From Macrostomum lignano (taxonomy: Eukaryota), in contig NIVC01000614.1 in assembly GCA_002269645.1 (NCBI GenBank), positions 62,001 to 126,000 of the forward strand: a stretch of DNA of 64,000 nucleotides. The letters are read 5' to 3'. Below, one piece after another: positions 42,331-55,500 of this stretch (the first letter of the stretch is position 1; the number at the start of each line of letters is the position of its first letter). The translations under genes were made by a program, and so were the position numbers. The notes under the pieces are model-generated. The model worked only from the letters and a program-made list of their open reading frames with translations. It did no database searches and had not been told where the DNA came from.

Positions 42331-45300
42331 TCAAGAATTGGACTCCGGCCCAATGACCAGGGCGGACATGGCAAATAGCAGAAAGATGACGCCACCGCAC
42401 AGAGTCACAGTGCGCACCGAGATGCGCTGAGCAATGAACCGACCGCCTAGAACGGCCAGTCCAGTGCACAGGGCGTGACCAAGCGTGCCGCCAACAATAA
42501 CGCCAACTACATCGTCGCGAGCGGCAAGAATTATTGTGGCAATCTGCGACCGGTCGCCCCATTCGGCAAGAAATGTAAGCGAAAACGATTCGATGAGCAC
42601 TTTGTTGACGAAGCTATAAATGATAGACCGTCTGGGACTGCGTATGACCCCAGTCTCCATGTCCTGCTCAACTGAGGCAGTCTGAGATTTGCAATACTCT
42701 TCGTCGCGTTTCTTTAAATCGGCTTGAACCTCTTCGTATTCTTCCATGCCCTCGTCCGGTTTCATATAATAACCTTCGCGAAGCATCTTCAAGCCGAAGA
42801 TGGCGAACAGGGCGCTACTGACGTAGTAGGTGAACCAGCGAGGTATAACGGTGGTTGCGTAACCCAGCACAGCCGACAAGATAGTCATGGTGGCCAGTGC
42901 TAGGATAGCGCCAGCGAATACGATTAGACGAGAATGACGCATCGCCATAATAGCCGCGATGAAGAACGTTTTATCGCCCAGTTCGGAAACTATGATGACA
43001 GACAAGCTGGCTACGAATGCGTGGATGAAGCCGAAACGGGAGGCTGAGGACTCCACGGTTGCGCTGGAGTCGCCTTTCAGGTATCGCTACAATTTGTGCG
43101 CGTGTGTGTGAAGGGGGAATTAGATTATGAATATGAAATTTTTGTAAGCATCCGGTATTAGTGCCAGACGTTTTTTAATAGTTAATGCCCATAAATATTC
43201 ATTTAAAAATTACCAAAATAATAAACTAGGCAAAACAATTTCCAACCTTCAGCAAGGCCATTAAGCTGGCAACAAAATTCATTTTCGCATTCATTCTTTT
43301 TCATCCTTGGGCTCTTTGTGATCTACACCCATGAAGGCCTTACAATGAAAATTCTATAGGCCAAAAATATGATACACAAGCTTGGAATGCTCTTAGATCC
43401 CTGAGCTTAAGACCATTAAGTACTTCAACAGCAGAGTTTTGACACCACATACAAATTGTGGTCGAGTGGTAAGGACTAAAGTTAATATGAACGTTTTTAC
43501 TTTCTAGTTGAGCTGCAAATCCATAGAACCAGGGACTATAATCGGGTTGATTTGGTAGAAACTAAATTTAAGATAAATATTTTTATTTCCAATATAAGAG
43601 ACGGGCTCCTAAGTCCCTAGAATTAGAAACTAATACAACAAAGATAGGAATGTTTGACACTACATACATGTGTATCTGGGTTCAACTTGGGGGAGGAGAA
43701 GCTAAAGTTAAGATAAATCTTTTGACTTTCAATACAAGATAAGCTCTTAAGTCTATAAATAACATTATAGTGCAGTAATTTTTCCTAGCTATATGCATAT
43801 TTGTTAAATGATTTGGAAATTCGTACACACATTATTAGGATCTCTACTTTAATATTTTTTTTATATTTTAACACATTCTAGTTTGGAACTAATTTGATAT
43901 AATTATGATATATACTTTATTTCATTTTAAGGCTTGGCTCCTCTTCAAATGATGACAACATAGCCAGCAACAACTTGATGCCAACTGATGATCCCAAGGT
44001 TGACTTTGGAGCCCTTTGTGCTGAAGTTATTGGCTCTGGTCCTAGAGAGACTACCAGTTAGAGCCATGTTCTCTGCAGGTTTATTATAGCAAATTTATCA
44101 GATAATATATTTGATATTTATTAGCCAATGAAAGAGTTGGATACCTATCTGGCTCAACCAAGTGTTGAATTTTGTATCAACCTTGCATACTTCTGGAGAG
44201 ACTACTGGGCTTATAAACAAATTAAGAGTTTATTCTGCAAATTTTTTAGACCACCTACTATTAATATCCCAAGTGAGATGATTTTTGTCAATATGCTGGT
44301 CTTTCTCTACTCCAATTTACTACTACTCAATTATAATTAAAAGTGCAACCACATTTGAAATCAAATCAGAAGCTTTCAAAAATGTAACTAGCATTTGAAC
44401 TTTTTGGATATTAATTGTTATTTAATACTTAGTCTATCTTTAAAATTAAAGAAACTAATTAGCTAGGACTTTTTTAAATTATAGTTGCAATTTCTATGCA
44501 TTTATACTTTTTATATTTTTATATCTAAACTTTAAAATTTACATATTGAGATCATACTAGAACTTTTACAATCTTGCACTATATGTTTTTATTAATATCA
44601 TTGAAATTTACTAGCAATAAATAAGACAACAGATGATAGCCCTTGTGTAGCAATAAATGCATAGTTAAAAGGTTTTTTTAATGGCACTCAAAAGATACTA
44701 AACAAAGCCTACAATTTAGTTATACACATTATAGTTATACAAAATGCATAACAAAGTTCATAGATTGCACTATATATAAGCTGTTAGTGCAATATACTGC
44801 ATTTAAGGCATAGTATAACCTCCATATACATTTTATCTATTTTATTATAATGTATTGAATTATTACTATAGCAAGCAGATTTTGTCAGTGAATATAACTA
44901 TTTTGTGTAGTCTTTGTTTTACTATTTTTGAGCTACTTTTTATATCCATATGTCAAAGGGCTAAACTTCTGTCTTTAATGATCATACTAACACCACCAAA
45001 GTTGTTGCAGGCATGTTTCCTATATGCTAGGAAATCCCACAAACTGTCACCAAAGTTGACATAGGACTTAATTCTGTCCTCTAAGTTATCCCATTAAATG
45101 CCACGGAATTTGTACTAGGGGTGACTTCTCTTCTTTTAAATCCTAATGATTAAATAGTGATTTAATTCGATCTTTTGCAATGATCCTATTGCTGTTATTT
45201 ATGTACTTTTACTAGTGGCACATGAATATACTTAATGCTTATATTTATCTATTGGTAGCATAAGTACATGTACTATACTTCTAGCCTAAGCAGTCTAATG

Positions 45301-46440
45301 GCAGTCTTTCAATTCAAAAAAAATTCAAAAAGACAAAATGTATATTATAATATCATCTAGACTAGTTTATATCATATCAAGGCCAACAAGGGTCCACACT
45401 CAGGATCATGTTATGTACGCTGGAAATTTCCGGTGCACATTTAGGATAGCTAGCATACACTTGGTGCATAAAATTTTTGAAAGGGTCTTTTGGTATACAT
45501 CTTGGCGTATATACAATTGGCATACCTTGCATGGTGCACATGCATAGCGCACACTAGAGGAGGCTACGCCATGGCCATTGCGAAAGACAAAATCAAAGAA
45601 TGTAAAGTACATGAAATGTGAAATTTTGCACAAAGTTTTACAATGATTTTGCAAATATATTGTTATGACAATTGACAACTATTGCTTCATTTAAAATATT
45701 CTCTAAATTGTGTTTTATTTCTCTTTTTTATTCTTTATTTTTGAAGTTAAAAACATTAAATCTTCAAATCTTCAATTTATAATCTTTACTTGCAATTACG
45801 CAAAATGTTACAACTTATAATATATTATGATTTTGTATATATTGTGCATTTTAAAAAAATTAGGATTAGGATTTAGGACTCTTGCACCTGGCACACTTTT
45901 GCATTTTACCTGGCATACCTGGAGCACCAAAAAAATTTTTGGGGTGGCTTCCGGCACACACGACACAGCATGATCCTGACTATGGACAAGGGTTAACTTT
46001 AATATAATTTTATTACTTTAGTGCCTTTTAAAAGGAATTAATGATATCTAACATATGCAAGATAAAATTATAATAATGTAAAAAGAGGATTTAAAAAAAG
46101 AAAACTAAATAATGTTGTATTGTATCCAAACCATTTTGATATGACATTGGCAATTAATTTATTTAATTCTACTTATTATATTTAAGTTAAATGATTAAAT
46201 TTATTAGTTAAATTTACTTACTTCTGCTTTTTCATTAGCTTTCATGGCATTCTTAATTTTGTTTTTAAAGTTGTGCAGGAATGAACTATCTTCGGGTTTT
46301 GTATCATCACGTTTGCCAATGTTCAAGGATCCTGGGTTTTGACCATCATTTTCTTTAGCTAATACAGTGCACGGCAATAGCAGGCCACACAAGCAGATAG
46401 AAATAAAGATAAATCCAAAAAACGATAATTGGCGAAACAT
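42331..46440 (-). CDS. TMEM165: TMEM165/GDT1 family (UPF0016) Ca2+/Mn2+/H+ antiporter; exons 46440-46222, 43086-42331
   Basis: Both family motifs are present (SELGDKTFF, AEWGDRSQI), as are an N-terminal signal peptide in exon 1 and a phase-0 gtaagt...tgtag intron. Confidence 0.9.
44128..44300 (+). mobile_element. Degenerate hAT transposase C-terminal (dimerisation) remnant in the TMEM165 intron
   Basis: KELDTYLAQP..FW..Y....L...F..PP..IPSEMIF resembles the hAT ELxxYL..FW..L..PAxSxxSERxF motif. Confidence 0.55.
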
Positions 46441-46944
46441 GCCTCAGGTTTTGCCTAAAGTTTACTTTTATTGCTATCGTAAAACTGAAGGAAAGTTTTG
46501 ACCTGTGAAACAAGGCTTGATCTAATATTAAAGGTCTGTCAATTATTATAGTGCGATGCTATAAAGCGTTTCGTATACAACGTAAACTGAAATATTAAGC
46601 ACAACAATTATAAAACTCTAAAGTCGACGCCGTTGAGCCCGCTGAAGAGAGTAATATGGGTCGTCGACGTGTCCGCTCCGAAAAAGTGGCTCACCGTGTT
46701 AAATAAACATTTTTTTAAAGTTATCGTGCTTCTATGAAAAGGGTAAGTCTAACAAAATTTTCCTACCTTGCAACTAAAAACGTTATATGAATGGTAATTC
46801 GGTATTTTTTTATCAATAGAAGAACAAATTATTTATTTTTTCAAAACCGGTCAGCAAGTTCACAAGTTCCCTCGTACTTGTGAGGATTGTAGCTGCCATA
46901 ATGAACAGATACCAACCGAGGAACGAAGGAGAAGCAAGGAAAAC

Positions 46945-47200
46945 TGTATATAATATAATAATAATAATTGATTACACCTGCCCCAATTAAGTGAGAGGGT
47001 GCAGCTGACAGCAGTGCAAGGACTGGGGGGTTGCCACACCGCACCACCCTCAATTTACCCCAGCTAATGCTGCTGGTACCCTTTTACATGCAGCTAGGTG
47101 AACTGAAGCAATGCAGAGTTAAGTGTCTTGCTCAAGGACAGAAATTGTTCTAGTGGGATCGGGAATCGAACCCGGCCGACCTTTAAGTCGTGAGTCCCCT
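46945..47200 (-). mobile_element. tRNA-derived SINE (CORE-like body), 5'-truncated
   Basis: B box GGTTCGATTCC, body TGTCCTTGAGCAAGACACTTAACTCTGCATTGCTTCAGTTCACC and a (TAT)n tail; homologous to 61673-62030. Confidence 0.85.
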
Positions 47201-47643
47201 AGAGGACATTCTGTTTCTCAAACTTAGCAGATCTTTGTCTCTCTGTGCCATTCTTAGCATATCTTCTAAATCTGCTCGGTTCTTGCAGGATCTTCTAAGA
47301 AAGGAGGTACATTTGTTTTGTCATTGTCATTCATTTGGCCAAAGTGTTCTTTATTTTTTATGGCAAAATGGGACAAAAATTTAATAAAATATGCGATTCG
47401 AAGCTATGTAAAAAGATATATAATTAAAAGTTAAAATCTTATACGATGTATCGCCCAGATCTGGTAAGTTTACCTAATTATTATCATAGCGAAAATCTTG
47501 CTCGTTCTTGCAACTTGCGCAGCAACCCAAGAAGATTAGATAAGATCTGTTAAGAATCAACACGTCAATGTCTTATAGGGTCCGAAGCTCTTAATAACCC
47601 CCTGGTACATGTACATGTACGTCGTCGTATATATAATAATGTA

Positions 47644-49121
47644 CAGGACGTAAAACTCGAAGATCGTGTGATTTTTAGGTCAATTTCGATATACAGCGGT
47701 TGTTGAGGAAAAGCTAAAATTCGAATGAAAACTATATATTGATTTGCTTGCCACAGTCTGCATGGTATTATGTGTAGTCTTTGACTCTGCTGAGTAATAT
47801 ATAGTTAAATGATGGGTTTCGGCATTTTTGGTCCCTTTCGGGAAGCCTTCGGGCCTCAGGTCTCAGAAATAAATCAATTTGAGTCCTGGCCCCCCACTCC
47901 TGTCAGATGGTCAGCCCCATGGTATAGCTTGATCGTGTGGCGAGCAGTCTAGGTCCTATAGCTAAGAGAGGGACAGCGAGAGACAAAGCAGGGAGAATTC
48001 TGAAGGTAGAGATCAGCTAATCCGCAGATTAACTGTATTAATATTATTGGTAATATTATATTATATTACTATATTATATATTATTATATTATATATATTA
48101 CTAATATTAATAATATTAGTAACTGACCCGCTGCCACCAGCCCGTGCGTTCTGGCTCACCAAACCGGAACTTTCGAAATCGGGCTTCCGACTAGAGGGGG
48201 CTTAGCACTAACCTGCCAACTAGTGTCTTTTTGCTGTCAATCTCGAAGTCATAGCCGATGATAAGGGACACTGCTGGGACTTGATCGCATTGGCCATGCA
48301 GGTACAGAGGGGACTTGTGCAGGGGATTCTTGCAGTGGCGAGACTATGGGGTAGTTACATGTACTATTGCATAGCTAAATACGAGGAATTGTACTTTTGG
48401 CCTTCAACGCGCCAACCAGCCTCTAAAATAACTGTCAGATTTAACCTTCTCACTGATTCACTTCACACTTCAGATTGAATTGGAGTATCAGACTACTAAC
48501 AGTATTATTGAATGATCTCTGCCTGTTTGGCTGAGCCGATTTGTTATAACTGAAGTCGAATTTTCTGATTGGCTATGCTTGTTGCCACCCAAACTCACGT
48601 GACCAGAAAATCCTATCAGTTCCCTCGGGGACATAAAAATACGCCAGGTGCAGTCATAAATCACTTAAAATCGCTACGTAATTATTTATGACCCTTCGCG
48701 TAGGAACGACAAAAATTAATGAAAAAATATACATTAGAAAGATCTTATTAAGTAGAAGGTGAAGATGGTGAAGAGGAATCGCTAATCGCTAATCCCAAAG
48801 TACTTTTAAGGGTAAAACGCATAGCTGTCAAAGCTTGTCAAAATAGCTGTCAAAACTTGTGAGTATTTGCAACTTTGGGCTTATGAAATAAAGTGAAAAC
48901 AATCTGAAAATGAAAACTTCACTACACAGCTATATGAAAATATAATAGAGTAACATGTAGTGCATGTTAAATTAAAAGAATGTTAGTCTTCACTGCCCCA
49001 GATCAAATACAATCACTGATTTTGTGACGAAAAACTAATTTTTTCCTATCTTCGCAGTGTATTTTTTTCAGGAAATCGTGGCCTCCAAAAGAATTGCACG
49101 ATCTTTGAGTTTTACGTCCTG
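47644..49121. mobile_element. Non-autonomous DNA transposon bounded by 25-bp terminal inverted repeats CAGGACGTAAAACTC(G/A)AAGATCGTG
   Basis: 24/25 inverted match between 47644-47668 and 49097-49121. Confidence 0.6.
47807..48620. repeat. Inverted, internally deleted copy of the 49600-51072 element
   Basis: Blocks 47807-48030, 48120-48346, 48410-48455 and 48535-48575 are reverse complements of blocks in 49640-51072. Confidence 0.75.
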
Positions 49122-49129
49122 TTAGTCTA

Positions 49130-51072
49130 GAAGTCCTTGGTTAGATACTCGAGGTACTTCCCTTAGGATTCTAATTTTGGGTTGTTTACGCATCTCTGAA
49201 GGTCAGGCTGTCCGGGTCTGAGGTGGATTGACCTCTAACAGTCTAGACAGGCGACACTAAGTCTGGGAGGAATGTTTTTAATCCCATCCTGACCCCCGAT
49301 TTGTGACTTTTTCACTATTTTTAGTGACTTATAGCGGTCTAGCTGTCACTTTTGGCTCCAGCCTGTCTGGGTCAAAGGGTCTTTCCAGCCTCCTCCCCAC
49401 TCGCTCTGTTACCTTCTCCTTTGATTTATGGGCTTTTTGCAGTCAGTTTTGGCGTCAGGATGTCTAGACAAGTGACTTTTATTCGGTTTTGCTCGTGATT
49501 TATGACCGCACCAGTCAACTTCTCTGGGGTCTGATGGCCACCTGGTGGGGTGGGTTTTGGAGTCTTGAGCTCAGCCAATCAGAGTCGACCTGACCGCCCC
49601 CGGCTCGACCAATCAGAAAACTCGGTGCCGATTTTAACAAAGGCTCTCAGCCAATGGGAAAATTCGGCGCTCGTTATAACAAATCGGCCGCGTGAGAGCT
49701 ATAAAAGGCGGCATGTCGGCCCGCGCTCGAGTAAGGGTGTTTCTTTCGGTCCCTGGCAACCTTGGACTTCTTGGGCGAAGCTCTCTCCAACGTTCGTCCT
49801 TCGGCCGAGGTCACTCGTGATCCCTTTCCCCCGGCAGTTTCGGCTTCAATAGTTAAGTCTCCCCTGATCAGCATCGTTAGTACTCCCTGGTCGCGATCTA
49901 GGAGCAGCAACAGCAACCGGCAACTGAAGAGTAACGGCGGCACTCGTCAGTTGAGATCAGCATCAGCATCCCGTCCGAGCGCTTCGGTCTCTGTGGAATC
50001 CTTGGCTACCAGCAGATAAGTCCTCTGATTGGTCGGGTGAGAGGCTTTCTTGACCTGCTGAACTGGGTGCGCCCTTTGTCTGACCCCTTCCTAGGTAGTC
50101 TGATAGGATTTGCACTTTTGTTTACTTGTTTTTGTGTGCCAAACTTGAGGCAGAAGTTTCATTTAATACTAAAAGTAGCCATTCGCTCTGACTCAATTTA
50201 AGGCGTTTAGGATTGCGGATTAAGTAAGAAAGTTAAATCTGGAAGTTAAAGATTGGCGTTTTCTTTCTTTTTCGCAATGCCAGCTGAGATGAGTGGCTAG
50301 ATCTAGAGAGGCAGAGGTCACAGTGGACCGGAAGCGGCACAGTTCCCAGTCAAATAGTCGATCTAAGCAATCATGATAAGCATGCAAATTAAGTGCCAGA
50401 CTGGTACTTTCGCGCGGTCTCAGGCAGCTAAGCGGCTAAGACAAGTTAAATGTTAGTCTAAAGATCTCCAAAGGCAGCAATACACCTACATCATCGCTAT
50501 CTGTCGACGTGTTAACACATTTAGTGCCAAAAGCGTGCAGTTACGTGTACTTATACATGTACTTCTGGGAATTCGGTAATTCGGTATAGTGTATACTCTA
50601 TACACTAGTAAATTTAGTAGTGTATAGAGGCTCGCCAGCGCAAGAATCCCCTGCAGAAGTCCTCTCTGTCCCTGCATGGCCAATGCGATCTTAGTCCCAG
50701 CAGTGTCCCTTCTATTCGGCTATGACTTCGAGATAGACAGCTAAATGACACTAGGTGGCAGGTAAGTGCAGTGCCCCTCTAACGTCGGAAGTCCGATTTC
50801 GATAGCTCCGGATTGGTGAGCCAGGACGCACGGTCTGGTGGCAGCGGGTTGGTTAATCTGTGGATTATCTGTGGATCTCTACCTTTCAAATTCTCCCTGC
50901 TTGTCTCTCGCTGTCTTCTCTTAGCTATAGGACCTTGCTGCTCGCGGACAACCTATACTAGCTACCACGGGGCTGACCATCTGACAGGAGTGAGAGGCCA
51001 GAGTTCTAAGTGATTCATTTCTGAGTTCTGAGGCCCGAAGCTACAGGCTCAAAAAGGCCGAACCCATCATTT
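49130..51072 (+). mobile_element. LTR-like non-coding element with a Pol II promoter signature (candidate solo LTR)
   Basis: Three CCAAT boxes (~49575, 49608, 49651) followed by TATAAAAGG at ~49700; no long ORF; a diverged inverted copy lies nearby. Boundaries and class are uncertain. Confidence 0.4.
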
Positions 51073-52531
51073 GGCTCAAAATCCTTTGGGACATGCACAT
51101 GATACATATGTACATGTAATTATACAGTAACCTGTGTACATATATACGCGATGTATATTTGCTTTATTTGTTAGAACTGTGACTCCAGAAACAAGATGTA
51201 CAAAGAACCACTATCGACAGCAGTATATCAGATTATTAGCAGTATAGCCGACATGCTGCTATAGTGGTCCTTGCTCGGAAATTTGGAAGGTGAGCTACAC
51301 ATGGACTCATATATTGTCTTACTGAAAACTGAAATTTTTTAGAGTAATATTTACAATCGTTAAGTGACGCAATTAAAAGTTTGTTGCTATCCGGCAAACC
51401 CGAAAAGCCGAGAGATTGCTATCAGGCCCCGGGGAACGGCTTCAAAAAAGTGACAGGTGCGACCATAAATCATCCAATTTTGATACAATATGATTTATGG
51501 TTTTCAGCTGTAGCATGCCATGCCAAGTTTATGAAATCCACATATGCACCATTCTATCACTGGTAATATATATACAATTAATTTGTTCGCGGTGTATCGT
51601 ACAACACTGTGCAGTGCTTTTTTTAAAGCAATGAAACCGCGTACAATGCAAAAGAACTCATTCATCCAACTGAGAACGGCTAGATTAATAGTTTAGGTGG
51701 CTCATGAAGGGCTGCGTTTAACCAACTCAATTCTCTCTCTATCATATGCACTGCAACCCCAAAACACGTCTGCAGCAACATTGCAGTTTCGGTTTGACAG
51801 TAAAAATAGAAACAAGGCTCGTACTGCTGCAAATTCAGTGCATCGACTGCATGCATAAATATAGGCGCTGCATACTTATAATTTTCCCAGCTATAGATTC
51901 TCGCGCAATTAACACAATCTAGTGTGAAAATATGCGATTTTAAAAGTAAATTTAATCATCTCTATTCAAGGATTTCAAGCGAACTTCGGGTAAGCATTCG
52001 TTCTGTTACGGTTATCACGGTTTGGGTCGTTTGATAGTTTTTTAGTTTTCTGTTTTTCCTAAATCAACCTTGCAAAGGCGCTCTAATATCCAGTGACAGC
52101 AATGTCTTCTTCAAAGGAGGTAAAACGCACTATTCCAAGTATTTATTATTGTCATTAAAGGGTAGCACTAGTGGCAGTAAAGCAGTAAAGTACAAAGCAA
52201 TCTCGTTCAGCAATTTCACATCTATATCGACGTCGTTGGAAAATAATGGATACTTTTACCCTAGACTGTCGTCATCCGTTACGTTGACCATCGTAAGTTT
52301 ACTATCCGCGTCAGGTATGTCGGTACGTCGGCGGACGTCCGAATGTTGAACGGATAAATTTGAAGTATTTATATAGGCTTAAGTTAATCTATTGTTCAAA
52401 TATTTTTTACCCTGTCTGTGGTAACTTCTCATTTGACATAACATGGTAGACCAGTTAGCTGTTTCTTAAAATGACAATGAAACCATGAATTGACAGATCG
52501 TCGCAGAGAGCCGTCCCACCATTAACAAAGG

Positions 52532-55500
52532 ATGGCGGATGACATATCAAGTGGAAGCAGTGACGGCAGCCACAACGTCAGGGAGTTGACAATTGTAGAC
52601 GTCGATGCGAACTTTGTTGGCGGCAGCTCTACCGAGCAAAGCCTCGCTGAAAAAAAGTCGTCAGCCCAGTTCCATCAGCGGGACGGTGAAGATGATGAAG
52701 CACAGCTGCCGAAACCCACTGAACTTCATCAATCTGGTCTGCATGTAAAATCCAATGCCGTCCTTCAACTGGACTGCGACAGTAGCGACTCAGAAGCCGA
52801 GTTGGACCAAGAAGACGGCACTACTATGAATGCTCGTGAGGATTCTTCAAGCGACTATCAAGATTCAACAGACGCTTCGCACAAGGCCGCAGAGCTGCTC
52901 TAAGAGTGTGCAGAGAAGGACTTTATGAGAAGAATTATTCGTCTAGCAAAGGTTGGTAGATTCTCAGAAGCCAATGAACTGCTCATGCAAATACCCGATG
53001 ACTTTTCGGGTCAGCATGTTCACGATAAAAGCAGACGAACTGCAACTCACTATGCAGCGATGAGCACCGATGGAGAGTCCACATTGCTGCACATTCTGCG
53101 ACTGTTCGGGTCTCGAGCTCTGCTCAAAGAAGACTACAAGTCGGTCACGCCGCTCCACCTGTCGCTTGGTTGCCATTCTACTGGCACTGTGAGAAAAATT
53201 CTCTCTGACATCACAGATAGCGGTGAAATGGTTTCCAAACTGCTCAAGACGCTGAAGACGTCACGCAGAAACACCATAGCGCACTATGCCGCCTCAAACA
53301 CAGAGCACCAGGACGTGCTGAGTCTGCTGGTTGACTCAACACCCACCAGTTGCAGTGATCTGTTTGCTCCGAACTCCGCTGGACAAACAATGCTGCACAT
53401 GTCGATTGAGAAGTTCAGTCCAGAGAGAATACCGGCTTTATTAGAGATTGGTCACACACGCAGTGGCTGTCTCACGAAGCATCTTAAAACGAAAGACCAA
53501 CAGGGAAACTCCAGCATTCACTATGCTGCCATGCGAGGTGCAGACGAGGCTGTACTTCGGGCTTTTGAGTTTTTTCCAAAGAGTTTTCGGTGGAAAAATA
53601 ACAAAAAGCAATCGGTGTTGCAGCTGGTGCTTCAAAACTGCAGAGTAGATACCATAAAACAAATGCTCAGGTTGTCTTCAGAGTTGCCTTTGAACCCGGA
53701 AGTTGCCCAAAGGTTTGGCCTGGTTGATTGGGATGGAAACACGTGGATGCACTATGCCGCTATGAACGAAAATAATGATGACGCAATGTTTGCTGCCCTT
53801 GAGGACGCTGAGAGGCAGGCTATGAACAACGCCATGTTAGATAAGCATAAAGCAGCACTGCTGAGAAATCTCAGATGCCCCTGCTGGTTAAACAACAAGT
53901 CAGAGACGGCATTACATCTGGCGTCGGTGCACTGCCAGCCAAGCGTGCTGTTGCGACTGCTGAATGCAATGAATACCGCATGCGTCAGCTTGCAGGACAC
54001 TTCTGGAAACACGTGCATGCACTACATGGCCCATAGGACAGACTGTTCAGAAGCACTTCTCACTGCACTCAGGATTTCTGGCTCAGAAGGCCTGTTGAAG
54101 CAGAACAAACTGGGTCAGACAGTGCTGCATTGCTTGGCACACCGTGAAGATGAGGCCACTCTATTGGAGCTGCTACCAGCTGCCAGGGTTGCTGTTCTCA
54201 AAGCCGCAGATGACGCAGGCAACACAGTATTGCACCTCGCTATCTCGCGGGGCATGCTCACTTTCACTGATGCCGCTGTGAAGAAGCTCGCGAGTGACTG
54301 CATCTTCTGGCGAAATAACAAGCAGCAAACCGTGGCGCATCTTGCTTTCGCGAACGTCAAGTCTTACAATTTCATGAAGGAAAATTTCCTTGGCGAACTC
54401 GATAAGTCATTGAAATCCTTGGACGCATCAGGGAGAAACCCGCTTTTCTATGCGAGCTTCAACTGGAACGTGGCTGCACTCGAGGCTTTCAAATCAAGCG
54501 ACGAAATGACTCGCGTTGACGCTGACGGGAACACCCTGATGCACGCACTCTTCATGAACACTGCTGCAACCAGCGGCATAGAAGCCTTCATCAAATCGCT
54601 GAAGCTCATTGCCAAAGCCGGAGTAAATCCGGGAACTGAGAACAGCATTTGTAAGACTTGTCTCCAAGTGTGCGAAATTCGAGAGAACTTGTTGAAGCAA
54701 ATTTTAGAAGCGGCTGCGGACACCAACAATGTTGGAAAGCTGATCAAGGCGATGCTTCACAGCTCAACCGGGACGCATGCGGTTCATCTCGCTGCCACCA
54801 GGTACCGCTTGAAAGACTTTGTTGAGCCACTTGCCTGCTTATCTGGCATCGAAGCATCCGAACTGCTGTCACTGACAGTCTCGTCAGGAACTCACAGAGG
54901 AGCTTCTTGTCTTCACTTTGCGTGTCAAGCAGGTCACGAGGGCAACATCAAGTTTCTCATTGAAAAGGGCTTGTCGCTGTCCTCACCGACCCATGACGGA
55001 CTCACACCGATCGACTTTGCCTGCAACAGTGGAAAGGATGGCGCAGTTGAGAAAGCATTTTTAAATGGCGGTGGTAGAAAGACAAACCTGCTGAGACTTT
55101 TGGACTTGCCAAAGCGAGCATTGGATCTGCCTGATAGGGAGACGGCCAACAGAGTTCTGAGCTCCGTCAGTGTATCAGCGCGTGTCCCTAAGCAACATCA
55201 GAGAGCACTCTCAGGTGTAAACCTTCTTGTCACTTCCATTGAACTTGACGCACCTGAGATTCTGCGTAGTGCAATAAGCATGGGCTTCATCAGCCTGGAA
55301 ACTGAGTACTTGGCTGCATCGATTTTACATCCTGAAAATCTTACTCAGGCAACAGAGATGTCCATCATTGAGACAGCGTTGTTTCTCAATAAATTCAAGA
55401 TCATACCGGACCTAGTGCTCACAAGACAGTTCGAGCTAATTCCTACATGTCTGAAAGTGCTAGTTGAGCTCAAGCGAAAGTTGAAGGAGATTCCTGAGCA

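Noticed and set aside
46622-46712. Possible hammerhead ribozyme (CTGAAGA...GAAA) and 16-aa ORF MGRRRVRSEKVAHRVK
   Set aside because: Stem II closes imperfectly and stems I/III with a cleavage triplet could not be built; the peptide has no recognisable family.
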